The translations under genes were made by a program, and so were the position numbers. Shown here one piece after another: positions 37,192 to 45,867 of a stretch of DNA of 62,349 bases. Below the pieces are notes generated by a model, which ran no database searches, was not told where the DNA came from, and saw nothing but the letters and a program-made list of their open reading frames with translations. Position 1 is the first letter of the stretch; each line of letters starts with the position of its first letter. The DNA comes from a virus (lineage: Duplodnaviria; Caudoviricetes). The DNA is taken from the IMG/VR virus record IMGVR_UViG_3300008738_000498, positions 1 through 62,349 of that record; one strand, 5' to 3'.

Positions 37192-37385
37192 CCTTCGAGC
37201 GAGCGCGCAGCCCCGAAGAAGGCATGGACTGGCTGATGCAGCCGGTGCTTGAGGGCTTGATCACCTATGACAAGCTGCTCGACCCGGCGCTAGGCCTTGC
37301 CGACATCGCGCGAATGAACGACGCGATCGCGGTCAGGCAGGAGAACCAGCGCAGGTTTGAGGCTTCGGTGAGGCGGGGTCAGTAG
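37146..37385 (+). CDS. gpT-like -1 frameshift extension of the tail chaperone
   Basis: T7 slippery run 37146-37152; -1 frame encodes DWLMQPV..LADIARMNDAI. Confidence 0.75.
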   Translation, partial: FFSRPQLEFSSSTGVAFERARSPEEGMDWLMQPVLEGLITYDKLLDPALGLADIARMNDAIAVRQENQRRFEASVRRGQ

Positions 37386-38011
37386 GAATCGCGAAACGTG
37401 GCGGTATCGAGTTGAATATGGATTGGGACACTGGAGAGTGAGCGATTGCGAAAATCATCAATGGTAATGGTATAAATATCGCGGCCATCATCCCATTGAA
37501 AAAGGGAATTGCAATCTGGGTTATAAGGGAATTGCAGCACCGTTCCTGAAAATTCAATGTTTTGCCCTGATTTCATGAGCAATGCTTTGCTTTTCGCGTC
37601 GTCTGTCGGTTCCATCCCCAGAATGGCTACAACCTTATGATTGGACTTCTTCAACGGATCCAGGTCTATAAGAACAGAATAATCCGACCTGACGTCTAAA
37701 ATATGCCCTTGCCAGTTTTTTGCAAACTTCAAGCTCCCCATAAAGCTGCAAAGTTCATTCAACCCTTCAGACCGAGCGTTACTTCGAGCCAAACTGGTCT
37801 CTGCATTCAGGAAACTTTTCCTGTATTTAGAGACAATTTCAATTAGTTTAGCTTGGTCATTGGGAGTAACCACGTCTGGTTCTGGGCTGCTGATAGCCGA
37901 AGACGATGGGTCAATATCCACGGTCTCGGCATTAGGGCTTTCGTGGCGCGCCGCGTTCACAGCCATCACTGCGACCACAAAGCCGACGAAAAGCAGAACC
38001 TTTTTGACCAT
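37379..38011 (-). CDS. Low-GC membrane-anchored moron protein
   Basis: N-terminal TM, Pro/Ser linker, AT-rich codons, antisense to tail operon. Confidence 0.75.
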   Translation of the reverse strand: MVKKVLLFVGFVVAVMAVNAARHESPNAETVDIDPSSSAISSPEPDVVTPNDQAKLIEIVSKYRKSFLNAETSLARSNARSEGLNELCSFMGSLKFAKNWQGHILDVRSDYSVLIDLDPLKKSNHKVVAILGMEPTDDAKSKALLMKSGQNIEFSGTVLQFPYNPDCNSLFQWDDGRDIYTITIDDFRNRSLSSVPIHIQLDTATFRDSY

Positions 38012-38069
38012 TGCCGCCCCCTTGCCAGGGCGGCAGGCTTACCCGTCGCCGTGCTAGAGTCCACACCAA

Positions 38070-38366
38070 TTAATCATCCATATTGTTGAGGATGTTAACG
38101 AACTCGTCGATTTTTTCATCGCGGAGAGCTTCGAGCACCGCGATGAAGTTGCCGCGAAGACTTCCTAGCTTCTGCTGCACATCCTCCAATTGCGCGGCCA
38201 AGTCGGCAGGTCCGGAGCGGTTGAGGGACTCCTCCAGGCGGGCAACGACCTCGGCATTCACGGAGCGCCCATGGAGTTTTGCCAGTTCTGACAACTGATC
38301 GCGCATCCCATCTGGCAAGCGGATCATGATTCGGTCGGCGGTACGGCTCGGCGGAAGATTTGTCAT
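38070..38366 (-). CDS. Arc/Mnt ribbon-helix-helix repressor (Mnt position)
   Basis: IMIRLPDGMRDQL..AKLHGRSVNAEVVARLEESL. Confidence 0.88.
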   Translation of the reverse strand: MTNLPPSRTADRIMIRLPDGMRDQLSELAKLHGRSVNAEVVARLEESLNRSGPADLAAQLEDVQQKLGSLRGNFIAVLEALRDEKIDEFVNILNNMDD

Positions 38367-38380
38367 AGCAGGTGTATAAC

Positions 38381-38476
38381 ATGCCCACTGGACAAAAAAA
38401 TAATGCCCACTGGACAAAAACATTTGACCACCCTTTCGATGTTGTCCATATGTGTCACATGGACAACATCGAAAGG
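38381..38476. promoter_or_regulatory. Divergent Arc/Mnt control region
   Basis: 18-bp direct repeat at 38381 and 38403; TTGACC at 38424; perfect 18-bp inverted repeat 38432-38449 / 38459-38476. Confidence 0.75.
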
Positions 38477-38484
38477 AGGCCAAT

Positions 38485-38652
38485 TTGACCGCGCCCAGCA
38501 GAGAGTTGGACCGGGCATTGATCAGGTTGCCGCAGGGCCTCAAGCCCAAGCTGCAAGAGCTTGCCCAGTCCAACTACCGATCCATGAATGCCGAAATCGT
38601 CGCTCGGCTCCAGCGCGACATTGACCGCGAAGCCAACGAAAAAGGCGCCTGA
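38485..38652 (+). CDS. Arc-family repressor (Arc position)
   Basis: GGAGG RBS + TTG; ALIRLPQGLK..AQSNYRSMNAEIVARL. Confidence 0.85.
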   Translation: MTAPSRELDRALIRLPQGLKPKLQELAQSNYRSMNAEIVARLQRDIDREANEKGA

Positions 38653-38723
38653 GCACCGGCCTAGGAAACCAGCTCAGACGCCTTTCGAAACCCCAACCCA
38701 CCAAGAGGTGATGTATGGATAGC
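38639..38723 (-). ncRNA. Putative Sar-like antisense RNA covering the antirepressor RBS
   Basis: Extended -10 TGgTATAAG (38738-38730); 14-bp hairpin 38685-38641 plus U tract on minus strand. Confidence 0.55.
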
Positions 38724-39434
38724 TCATCCCTTATACCATTTTCGTTCGAGGGCCAAGCCGTTCGCGTGATCGAACGTGGCGGCGATCCGTGGTTCATCCA
38801 CGCCGATGCCTGCGCCGTCCTCTCGCTGGCAAATCCGCGGCAGGTCGCGAGCCGCCTGGATGACGACGAAAAGGGCGTCCTTACTGTGGACACCCTCGGA
38901 GGTCCTCAGGAAATGACCGTCATCAACGAGTCCGGCCTCTGGTCCCTCGTGCTGACCAGTCGCAAGCCGGAAGCCAAGCGGTTCAAGAAGTGGATCACGT
39001 CCGAGGTGATCCCGGCGATCCGCAAGACTGGCGGCTATATTGTCGCAACGCAGGATGAGACGCCGGAGGAACTGGCGCTGAGGGCCTTGCAGGTCTTGCA
39101 GGCGACGGTCGAGCGTCAGAAGGCGATTATCGCTGAGGCACAGCCCAAGGTGGCATTTGCCGAACAGGTCGCGGTCGCGCCCGACGCTATCGGCCTTGGT
39201 CAAGCGGCAAAAATTCTCGGGACCGGGCGCAACCGGCTGTCGTCGAAGCTGAAAGAGCTTGGTTGGCTGACGCGGTTCGGCGAGCCCTACCAGGACAAAA
39301 TCAATCAAGGACTGCTCGACGTGAAGATCGGGCAGTGGGAGCATCCCGACAAGGGGTTGCAGCGCAGCGTCACGGCGCTGGTGACCGGCAAAGGCCTGTC
39401 CAAGCTGCACACACTGATCGGCACCACGCACTAA
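38715..39434 (+). CDS. ant: Antirepressor (BRO-N + ANT/KilAC)
   Basis: PWF..D.C.VL, INESGLWSLVLTSRKPEAKRFKKW; AQPKVAFAE..VTGKG. Confidence 0.9.
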   Translation: MDSSSLIPFSFEGQAVRVIERGGDPWFIHADACAVLSLANPRQVASRLDDDEKGVLTVDTLGGPQEMTVINESGLWSLVLTSRKPEAKRFKKWITSEVIPAIRKTGGYIVATQDETPEELALRALQVLQATVERQKAIIAEAQPKVAFAEQVAVAPDAIGLGQAAKILGTGRNRLSSKLKELGWLTRFGEPYQDKINQGLLDVKIGQWEHPDKGLQRSVTALVTGKGLSKLHTLIGTTH

Positions 39435-39485
39435 GCGCCAACACGGAAGGCGCCGTCGCGCGCCACCCACATTCAGGAGGATCGC

Positions 39486-39872
39486 ATGTTCGATTCCGCC
39501 AAGCATTCCGCTCGCCTTCCTTCCGACCGCCGTTCGTTTCTTGCTGCGGGCCTCGGAACCATCGTCGCCGTCGGCGCCACCGCCATTCCCGTTGCCACCC
39601 TGGCCCAGCCCGCAACCAATCGCGCGGCATGGGATGCGGCGGTGGCCGAATACAACAGCGCCAAGCGCGCCATGGACCGTGAAGACGGCGACGCCGTGGT
39701 CGGGCGTTTCATCGACGCCGAAAAGGCTATGCTCGACACCCGCACCCCGGACATGCGCGCTCTGCGGTGGAAGATGGAGCGCATGCGCGACATCTCCGAT
39801 TGCAGCGTGATCGAGCCGAAGGATTTCGACCAGCTTCTGGCCGACATCACTCGCCTGCTGGGAGACGCATGA
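39486..39872 (+). CDS. Hypothetical protein with twin-arginine-like N-terminus
   Basis: AGGAGG RBS; DRRSFLAAGLG + hydrophobic stretch. Confidence 0.65.
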   Translation: MFDSAKHSARLPSDRRSFLAAGLGTIVAVGATAIPVATLAQPATNRAAWDAAVAEYNSAKRAMDREDGDAVVGRFIDAEKAMLDTRTPDMRALRWKMERMRDISDCSVIEPKDFDQLLADITRLLGDA

Positions 39873-40237
39873 TGGACCGCCGCTCGTTTCTGGTGGCAAG
39901 CGCTGCTGTTCTGGCAGCGGCGTCCGCACACGGCGCACCTGGCGGCAGCGGCGCATCCAACCTGGCTCAACAGGTCAAGATGATGCCGGAATTCTCCAGC
40001 ATTCCCGATGACGACCACCGCGCCGCAGTCGTCGCGCCGGGCCTCGCCGCCATGGTGGATACCAGCAATCGGATCCCGGAAGCCGGCGCGCTCATGTATG
40101 TGCTGGATTACGGCGCGTCGCCCAGGCTGGTCTGTGCCAGCGAATGCAGCCGCCCTGGCCGGAAAATCCTTGGCCGGGCTGTTGGGCGCTATCGCGTGCC
40201 GGAAACGGCGCCGTTCGACCTGCTCCGGCGAGCATGA
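39869..40237 (+). CDS. Hypothetical protein with twin-arginine-like N-terminus
   Basis: ATGA overlap; MMDRRSFLVASAAVLAAASAHG. Confidence 0.55.
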   Translation: MMDRRSFLVASAAVLAAASAHGAPGGSGASNLAQQVKMMPEFSSIPDDDHRAAVVAPGLAAMVDTSNRIPEAGALMYVLDYGASPRLVCASECSRPGRKILGRAVGRYRVPETAPFDLLRRA

Positions 40238-40491
40238 GCGAAAGTTGAGCCACTTTGCGATTCGCAGTCTGACCTTCGAAATCGGTTTGCGTTACGACGG
40301 TGTAATCCGGGAAGAATTGGACACAGGGCTTCGGCCCTCATGTTTCCCCCCTGGGAAGGGGAAAGCGGCGCTCCCAAGCGTCGTGGACGGACGGGATCGG
40401 TGTTGCTTGTCGAGGGCGCCCGATCCCGCCCGCCGCATCCTCGGCACGCGTCAGGCCGAAGTCTGGCGCACACCAAGAAAGGCATCGTCTC

Positions 40492-41295
40492 ATGCCTCCT
40501 ACCTCCGATACTCCGAAAAGCAGCGTTGTCGCCATTGATTTTCACGGCGACCAGATTCTGACCTGCCAGCATGGTGGTGAACCACGTGTCGCCATGAGGC
40601 GCATTGTCGAAAATCTTGAGATGAGTTGGGGCAGTCAGTACACAAAGCTGATGGCCTGCGCGGAAAAGTTCAACTGTTTCGAAATCGAAACGGTTGGCGC
40701 TGATGGCAAGGTCCGCGACATGCTGACCATGCCGGTGGCCAAGCTGCCGCTGTGGCTGGCCACGATCAATCCCGCGCATATCAAAAATGCGGTGAAGCGG
40801 GCGAAGATCGAACTCTACCAAGCCGAATCCGCCATCGTCCTGCATGACTACTGGACGAAGGGCGTGGCGGTGCGCGGCGATATGGAAGGCGTGGTCACTA
40901 GCCTTGATCGTTCCGTGATGAATGCGATCGGCGGCATGGTGAAGAGCATCATGACCAAGCAGCTTGCCGAACTGGTGCCCGCGCTGGTCGAGCGCGAAGT
41001 GCTGGCCGGGCGCTATGGCATCGTCCAGGGCGTCTGCGCGCTGCAAGTGGCGGAAATGGCCGGCTACACCAAGGGCCGGCGCCCGCGCGGCGCGACGCAG
41101 TTCATTTCGCGTCGCCTTGGCCGCTACCACGAAGATCGCGCCGTGCCGATCCGGCGGTCTGAACATGGTTCGGGCCGGGTGCGCCTGTTCGACGAAACGA
41201 CGGCGCGCCGCTGGCTGGCTGATGGCGGCAAGACCGAAATCGACCATTATATCGCCGGGCGTTCCGGCCAGGGGTCGCTGCGGCTTATCCGCTGA
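40492..41295 (+). CDS. Antirepressor with P22 Ant N-terminal-like domain
   Basis: IDFHGD..VAMRRIVENLEMSW..Q..KL; LPLWLATIN; LHDYWTKG. Confidence 0.85.
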   Translation: MPPTSDTPKSSVVAIDFHGDQILTCQHGGEPRVAMRRIVENLEMSWGSQYTKLMACAEKFNCFEIETVGADGKVRDMLTMPVAKLPLWLATINPAHIKNAVKRAKIELYQAESAIVLHDYWTKGVAVRGDMEGVVTSLDRSVMNAIGGMVKSIMTKQLAELVPALVEREVLAGRYGIVQGVCALQVAEMAGYTKGRRPRGATQFISRRLGRYHEDRAVPIRRSEHGSGRVRLFDETTARRWLADGGKTEIDHYIAGRSGQGSLRLIR

Positions 41296-41314
41296 CAGGC
41301 CAATAGATCAGGTG

Positions 41315-41345
41315 GGGCGGTCCTTCGGGGCCGCCCTTTCCTATT
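41315..41345 (+). terminator. Intrinsic terminator closing the antirepressor island
   Basis: GGGCGGTCC-TTCG-GGGCCGCCC plus T-rich tail. Confidence 0.75.
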
Positions 41346-41446
41346 GCCCTCGCGTGAGTAGCAGCGTAGGTTCCTGACCATTCCTCGAAATTCGCCCGCG
41401 CCGCCGGGCATGCACAGGCTGCCCCTCACCGGGCGGCCTTTTTTGT
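41344..41446 (+). promoter_or_regulatory. Second late-type promoter followed by terminator
   Basis: TTGCCC-17-TAGGTT; shares CGCGTGAGTRGC with 23241; hairpin 41416-41439 plus T tract. Confidence 0.55.
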
Positions 41447-41458
41447 TGCGAGAACCCC

Positions 41459-43075
41459 ATGGTCGACGATGGCGTGATCAAGTCCTTTCTGGTCTCGCTC
41501 GGCTTCAAGGTCGAGGGCCAGGACAAGTTCGACAAGGGGCTGGACGCCGCCACCGCCAAGGCCGTGGCGATGGGCGAGGCAATCTACGACCTCGCCAAGC
41601 AGGTGGCCGAGGCGATGGCCCGCATCCTGCCCGATCTGGACCAGCTTTACTGGCAGACGCAGCGGCTCGGGTCGTCTGCGGCCGATATCAAGGCCTATGG
41701 CTATGCGATGTCGCAGCTTGGCGGCTCGGCCAAGGGTGCCAGCGCTGCGCTGGAGAACATTGCCGAGTTCATTCGATCTAACCCAAGCGCGCCGGGCTGG
41801 CTCACCCAAAGCTTGGGCGTAAGCCCGCAGCATCTGAATGATGCGGAGAAGGTCGCGCAAGACCTATCCAAAACATTTCAGAAAATGCCCTACTGGCTGG
41901 CAAAGCAATACGCCCAAGAAATCAGGATCGATCCGCTCCAGTTGCAGGCCATGACGCGCGACACCGGCGTGTTTGAGGACCAGTATCGCCAGATGGCGCA
42001 GCGCCTGGGCATCGACCTCGACAGCCTGGCTGGCAAATCGAACGACGCCATGACGCGGGTGCGCGAACTCAAGGAGGAAATGGGTCTCGCGTTCGATGTC
42101 GCCGAATACAAAGCGCTGGAAATTCTGGTGCCGCTGCTTGAGCGCTTTTCCCGCTGGGTGAATGAAATCTATTCTGGCAAAAAATTGACAGGTATTGGCG
42201 GGCAACTCCAGCAGCTTACTCATGATGTTTTGGAATTGCTTCGTGCCTTGGGCATTCTGGCAACGGAAAGCTACATCTCCAATTTTGCTCAGAAAATGGG
42301 CGATGCAATCAGTCACACTTTGAAGTCGCTAAGCGCCATGGTCCGCATGGTGACCTATCTGCTAAAGGGCGATTTCGCCTCAGCCTACAAAGAGGCTGTT
42401 AGCGGATACATGCAGACGGCATTCGCACTCGACAGCGCGGGGCGCGGAGTATTGGGTCTGGGTTCGATTCAATACGAGCCAGGGCAGTCCGCGCCGCAAG
42501 GGGGCGGCGTGGCTGCGCCGGTTTCATCTCCGACTGGTTCTGCCGGAGGTGGACCAGGCCGGGGCGGAACGCGTGCTGACCGGAACAATAACCCGGGCAA
42601 CATTCAGGCCGTAAATAAGGGCAGGCTGATTGAATGGGTTGCAAGCCTGCCGGGGTACATGGGCCACGACGGACGGTTCGCGATATTTTCTACGCCTGAT
42701 GCCGGCATGAATGCTCAGTTGGCGTTGCTCAGAAAGTACATGCGCAGGGGTTGGGATACCATCGGTGAAATCGTTTCGCATTGGGCCCCCTCCAGCGAAA
42801 ACAACACAAGGGCTTACATCGGCCGCGTATCACAAATGGTCGGGATCAACCCAAATACTCCACTGATGGCAACCGACCTGTCCCGGATCGCATCGGCAAT
42901 GGCGGCAGTTGAGGGCTACAGAGGCGGACGCGCGCATGGCGGCGTGACGATCAACCAGCACAACCAGTTCCATGCCCACGGCGGCAACAGCCGGGACGTG
43001 ACGCAGGGCGTGATGTCGCAGCAGGAAGCGGCTAACCAGCGCCTGGTATCGTCGGCCGGCGTGTTCGCCTACTGA
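41459..43075 (+). CDS. Tape measure protein with C-terminal lysozyme-like domain
   Basis: IKSFLVSLGFKV N-terminus; RNNNPGNI, FSTPDAG, WAPSSENNT..Y. Confidence 0.85.
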   Translation: MVDDGVIKSFLVSLGFKVEGQDKFDKGLDAATAKAVAMGEAIYDLAKQVAEAMARILPDLDQLYWQTQRLGSSAADIKAYGYAMSQLGGSAKGASAALENIAEFIRSNPSAPGWLTQSLGVSPQHLNDAEKVAQDLSKTFQKMPYWLAKQYAQEIRIDPLQLQAMTRDTGVFEDQYRQMAQRLGIDLDSLAGKSNDAMTRVRELKEEMGLAFDVAEYKALEILVPLLERFSRWVNEIYSGKKLTGIGGQLQQLTHDVLELLRALGILATESYISNFAQKMGDAISHTLKSLSAMVRMVTYLLKGDFASAYKEAVSGYMQTAFALDSAGRGVLGLGSIQYEPGQSAPQGGGVAAPVSSPTGSAGGGPGRGGTRADRNNNPGNIQAVNKGRLIEWVASLPGYMGHDGRFAIFSTPDAGMNAQLALLRKYMRRGWDTIGEIVSHWAPSSENNTRAYIGRVSQMVGINPNTPLMATDLSRIASAMAAVEGYRGGRAHGGVTINQHNQFHAHGGNSRDVTQGVMSQQEAANQRLVSSAGVFAY

Positions 43076-43076
43076 C

Positions 43077-43562
43077 ATGGCCCAGGCTGTCATCCGCGCA
43101 ATCGGCGGCTTCATCGCTGACGTCACGGTCAAGGAGACCCACAAAGACGATCTGACGATCACCACGCACCCGGTAGAGCGCGGCGCGGCGATTACCGATC
43201 ACGCCTTCAAGAACCCGGCGCAGTTGACGGTGCAGGCCGGGACAAAGGGCGCCGGGCTCTCGCTTTCCGATGCCTATGCCTCGCTGCTGGACCTGCAAGC
43301 CTCAGCCGAGTTGCTGGAGGTGCAGACCGGCAAGCGGCTGTACCAGAACATGCTGATCCGCTCGCTGGCTGTCGAAACCGATGCCGCTACCGAGAACGTG
43401 CTGATGATCACGGTCCAGTTGCAGGAAGTGATCCTGGTCGAGACGCTCGAAACCGCGATGCCCAAGAACGCCGTGCGCCAGTCGCCGCAGTCGGCATCGG
43501 GCGTGGCCAACACTGGCTCCAAGCGGGTCACCAGCTATTCCGGCGCGACGCCGAGCGATTGA
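43077..43562 (+). CDS. Baseplate/tail tube initiator (Dit-like)
   Basis: ITTHPVERGAAITDHA, TGKRLYQNM. Confidence 0.8.
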   Translation: MAQAVIRAIGGFIADVTVKETHKDDLTITTHPVERGAAITDHAFKNPAQLTVQAGTKGAGLSLSDAYASLLDLQASAELLEVQTGKRLYQNMLIRSLAVETDAATENVLMITVQLQEVILVETLETAMPKNAVRQSPQSASGVANTGSKRVTSYSGATPSD

Positions 43563-43569
43563 GGCGACC

Positions 43570-43887
43570 ATGGCAGCCTATGAAATCCCGCTGACCGGGC
43601 AGGCCGAGACGTTCTCGATCGCGCTCAACGGCGCGACCTATCAGTTGACCCTGCAATACCGCGACCATGACGAAGGCGGCTGGGTGCTGGACATCGCCGA
43701 TGCATCGGGCGTGGCCATCGTGTCGGGCATTCCGCTGCTGACCGGCGCCAACCTGCTGGAGCAATACGCCTATCTCGGGATTGCGGGTGGTGCCGCGCTT
43801 TACGTCACCGATACCGCCGGCGGCGACGCGGCGCCAACGTTCAGCAATCTCGGGACCGACACGCATCTGGTGCTGGTGACGCCGTGA
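43570..43887 (+). CDS. Baseplate-associated small protein
   Basis: YEIPL..GIPLLTGANLLEQYAYLG. Confidence 0.75.
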   Translation: MAAYEIPLTGQAETFSIALNGATYQLTLQYRDHDEGGWVLDIADASGVAIVSGIPLLTGANLLEQYAYLGIAGGAALYVTDTAGGDAAPTFSNLGTDTHLVLVTP

Positions 43888-44804
43888 CTACGCAATACCT
43901 GCGCCGGGCAACCCTGCTGATCGGCGACGATGAAACCGGCATCGATATGTCGGACTTGCAGTTCTCGTTCTCGGTGCGCCAAGCGGACTTGCGCACCCCA
44001 CAATATACCAACATCCGCATCTACAACGTGGCGCGCAGCACGGCGGAAAAGATCAAGGCCAACGAATACACCCGCGTCGTCTTGCAGGCCGGGTATCAGG
44101 GCGGGAACTTCGGGCTGATCTTTGACGGCCAGATGATCCAGGCACGCCTGGGCCGGGAAAGCGCGGTAGACAGCTATCTTGATGTGCTGGCCGCCGAGGG
44201 CTACGAAGCCAATCAGGCCGTGGTCAATACCACGCTGGCGGCCGGGGCAACCGAGCAAGATGTGGCGAATGCTGCCGGTGCAGCTATGGGCCAGTCGATC
44301 CACTTCAACAACTACAATCCCACGGTAAGGCTCCCGCGCGGCCGGGTGCTCTACGGCATGGCGCGCACGGCCCTGCGCAAGGCTGCGGCGACGGCGGGCT
44401 ACGGGTATTTCTACGACCGAGGCGGCATCAGTTGGGTTCCCCTCCAGGGCTACAAGGATGGTGCTGCGGTCGTGCTGAACGCCGCGACCGGCATGATCGG
44501 CTGGCCGGAGCAGACGCAGGAAGGCGTGAAGGTTCGATGCCTGTTGAATCCTCTGCTCAGCGTTGGTGCCCTTCTGCAAATTGACAACGCCTCAATTCAG
44601 CGAGCGCAACCCGCACCTGATATTAATTACCTAAAAAACCTTGGGAAAATTCCGTCTGTGGATGCCGATGGCCTTTATCGAATCTACGTCATTGAACACA
44701 GCGGCGATACGCGCGCCCAGGCTTGGTATTCGGACATCATCTGCCTGACTGTTGATAGGGTTGAGGCGGGTAAGAGTAGCCTCGTGCAAAAGGGCCAGTT
44801 CTGA
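43884..44804 (+). CDS. Baseplate hub protein
   Basis: IRIYN, LQAGY, LIFDG, TGMIGWP, CLLNP. Confidence 0.8.
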   Translation: MTTQYLRRATLLIGDDETGIDMSDLQFSFSVRQADLRTPQYTNIRIYNVARSTAEKIKANEYTRVVLQAGYQGGNFGLIFDGQMIQARLGRESAVDSYLDVLAAEGYEANQAVVNTTLAAGATEQDVANAAGAAMGQSIHFNNYNPTVRLPRGRVLYGMARTALRKAAATAGYGYFYDRGGISWVPLQGYKDGAAVVLNAATGMIGWPEQTQEGVKVRCLLNPLLSVGALLQIDNASIQRAQPAPDINYLKNLGKIPSVDADGLYRIYVIEHSGDTRAQAWYSDIICLTVDRVEAGKSSLVQKGQF

Positions 44805-45445
44805 TGGACCCCAGGCAGCGCCTTGGCGACCTCTCCACCTCGATCGACATGGCGGTTCGCGGCAACCAAGCGGAGATGTGGACTGCCCTTCCCGGCATCA
44901 TCCAGTCGTTCAACGCCAGCGCCATGACCTGCGAGGTGCAGCCGGCCTTGCAAGGCGTGCTGTCCGACCCGAAGACCGGGCAAGCCAGCAACACCAACCT
45001 CCCCCTGCTGGTGGACTGCCCGGTCTGCTTCCCTGGCTGGGGCGGTGTCTCGCTGACCTTCCCGATCGCGAAAGGCGACGAGTGCCTGGTGGTGTTTGCC
45101 TCGCGCTGCATCGATGCCTGGTGGCAAAGTGGCGGCGTGCAGCCGCAGATGGCCTACCGCATGCACGACCTGTCCGATGGGTTCGTGGTGGCCGGTGTCC
45201 GGTCGAAACCGCGTGTGCTGAGCGGGATCAGCGCCACGGCGGCCCAGCTTCGCAGCGATGATGGCGAGACGATGATTGAATTGGACCCCGCCGCGCAGAA
45301 GCTGCGCCTGGTGGCTCCGGGCGGCATTGAGTTCGTCGGGCCCGTCGATCTTGGTGGCACTGGCGGCCTGGGCGTGGCGCGGATCGGCGATACCGTGAGT
45401 GGTGGGGTGATCACCTCTGGCTCGAGCGAAGTGAAGGCGGTCTGA
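44804..45445 (+). CDS. Baseplate spike (Gp138-like)
   Basis: ALPGII, GDECLVVFASRCIDAWW, RMHDLSDG. Confidence 0.85.
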   Translation: MDPRQRLGDLSTSIDMAVRGNQAEMWTALPGIIQSFNASAMTCEVQPALQGVLSDPKTGQASNTNLPLLVDCPVCFPGWGGVSLTFPIAKGDECLVVFASRCIDAWWQSGGVQPQMAYRMHDLSDGFVVAGVRSKPRVLSGISATAAQLRSDDGETMIELDPAAQKLRLVAPGGIEFVGPVDLGGTGGLGVARIGDTVSGGVITSGSSEVKAV

Positions 45446-45816
45446 TGCGCGTCCGGAAGCAAGACGGCGACGGCGACATGACGTTCGGCCAGGGCGGCGC
45501 CGACTATTTCGTCGACGAACCCAGCGCGGTGGGCCAGCGCATCATGACGCGGCTGGGCCTGATCATGGGCGAATGGTTCCTCGACACCACCGCCGGCACT
45601 GCCTGGGGCAAGATCGTCGGCCGCAACAACGCCGCGACCTATGATGCCGAGATCAAGCGCGTGATCCTGGGCACGCAGGGCGTCGCCTCGATCGTGAGCT
45701 ATGCCAGCGACCTGACCGCCGCGCGCAAGCTGACCATCACCGCAACCGTGGCGACGACCTACGGCACGACCGAAACCGTGACGATCTCAAAGACCCTGGC
45801 CGTTCGCACCGCCTGA
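45445..45816 (+). CDS. Baseplate wedge/sheath initiator
   Basis: DGDMTFG, GEWFLDT, ILGTQGV. Confidence 0.8.
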   Translation: MRVRKQDGDGDMTFGQGGADYFVDEPSAVGQRIMTRLGLIMGEWFLDTTAGTAWGKIVGRNNAATYDAEIKRVILGTQGVASIVSYASDLTAARKLTITATVATTYGTTETVTISKTLAVRTA

Positions 45817-45867
45817 CATGCCCGCCATCGCCGCCCTGCCTGATCTGCTTTCCGCAGAGGACCGCCC

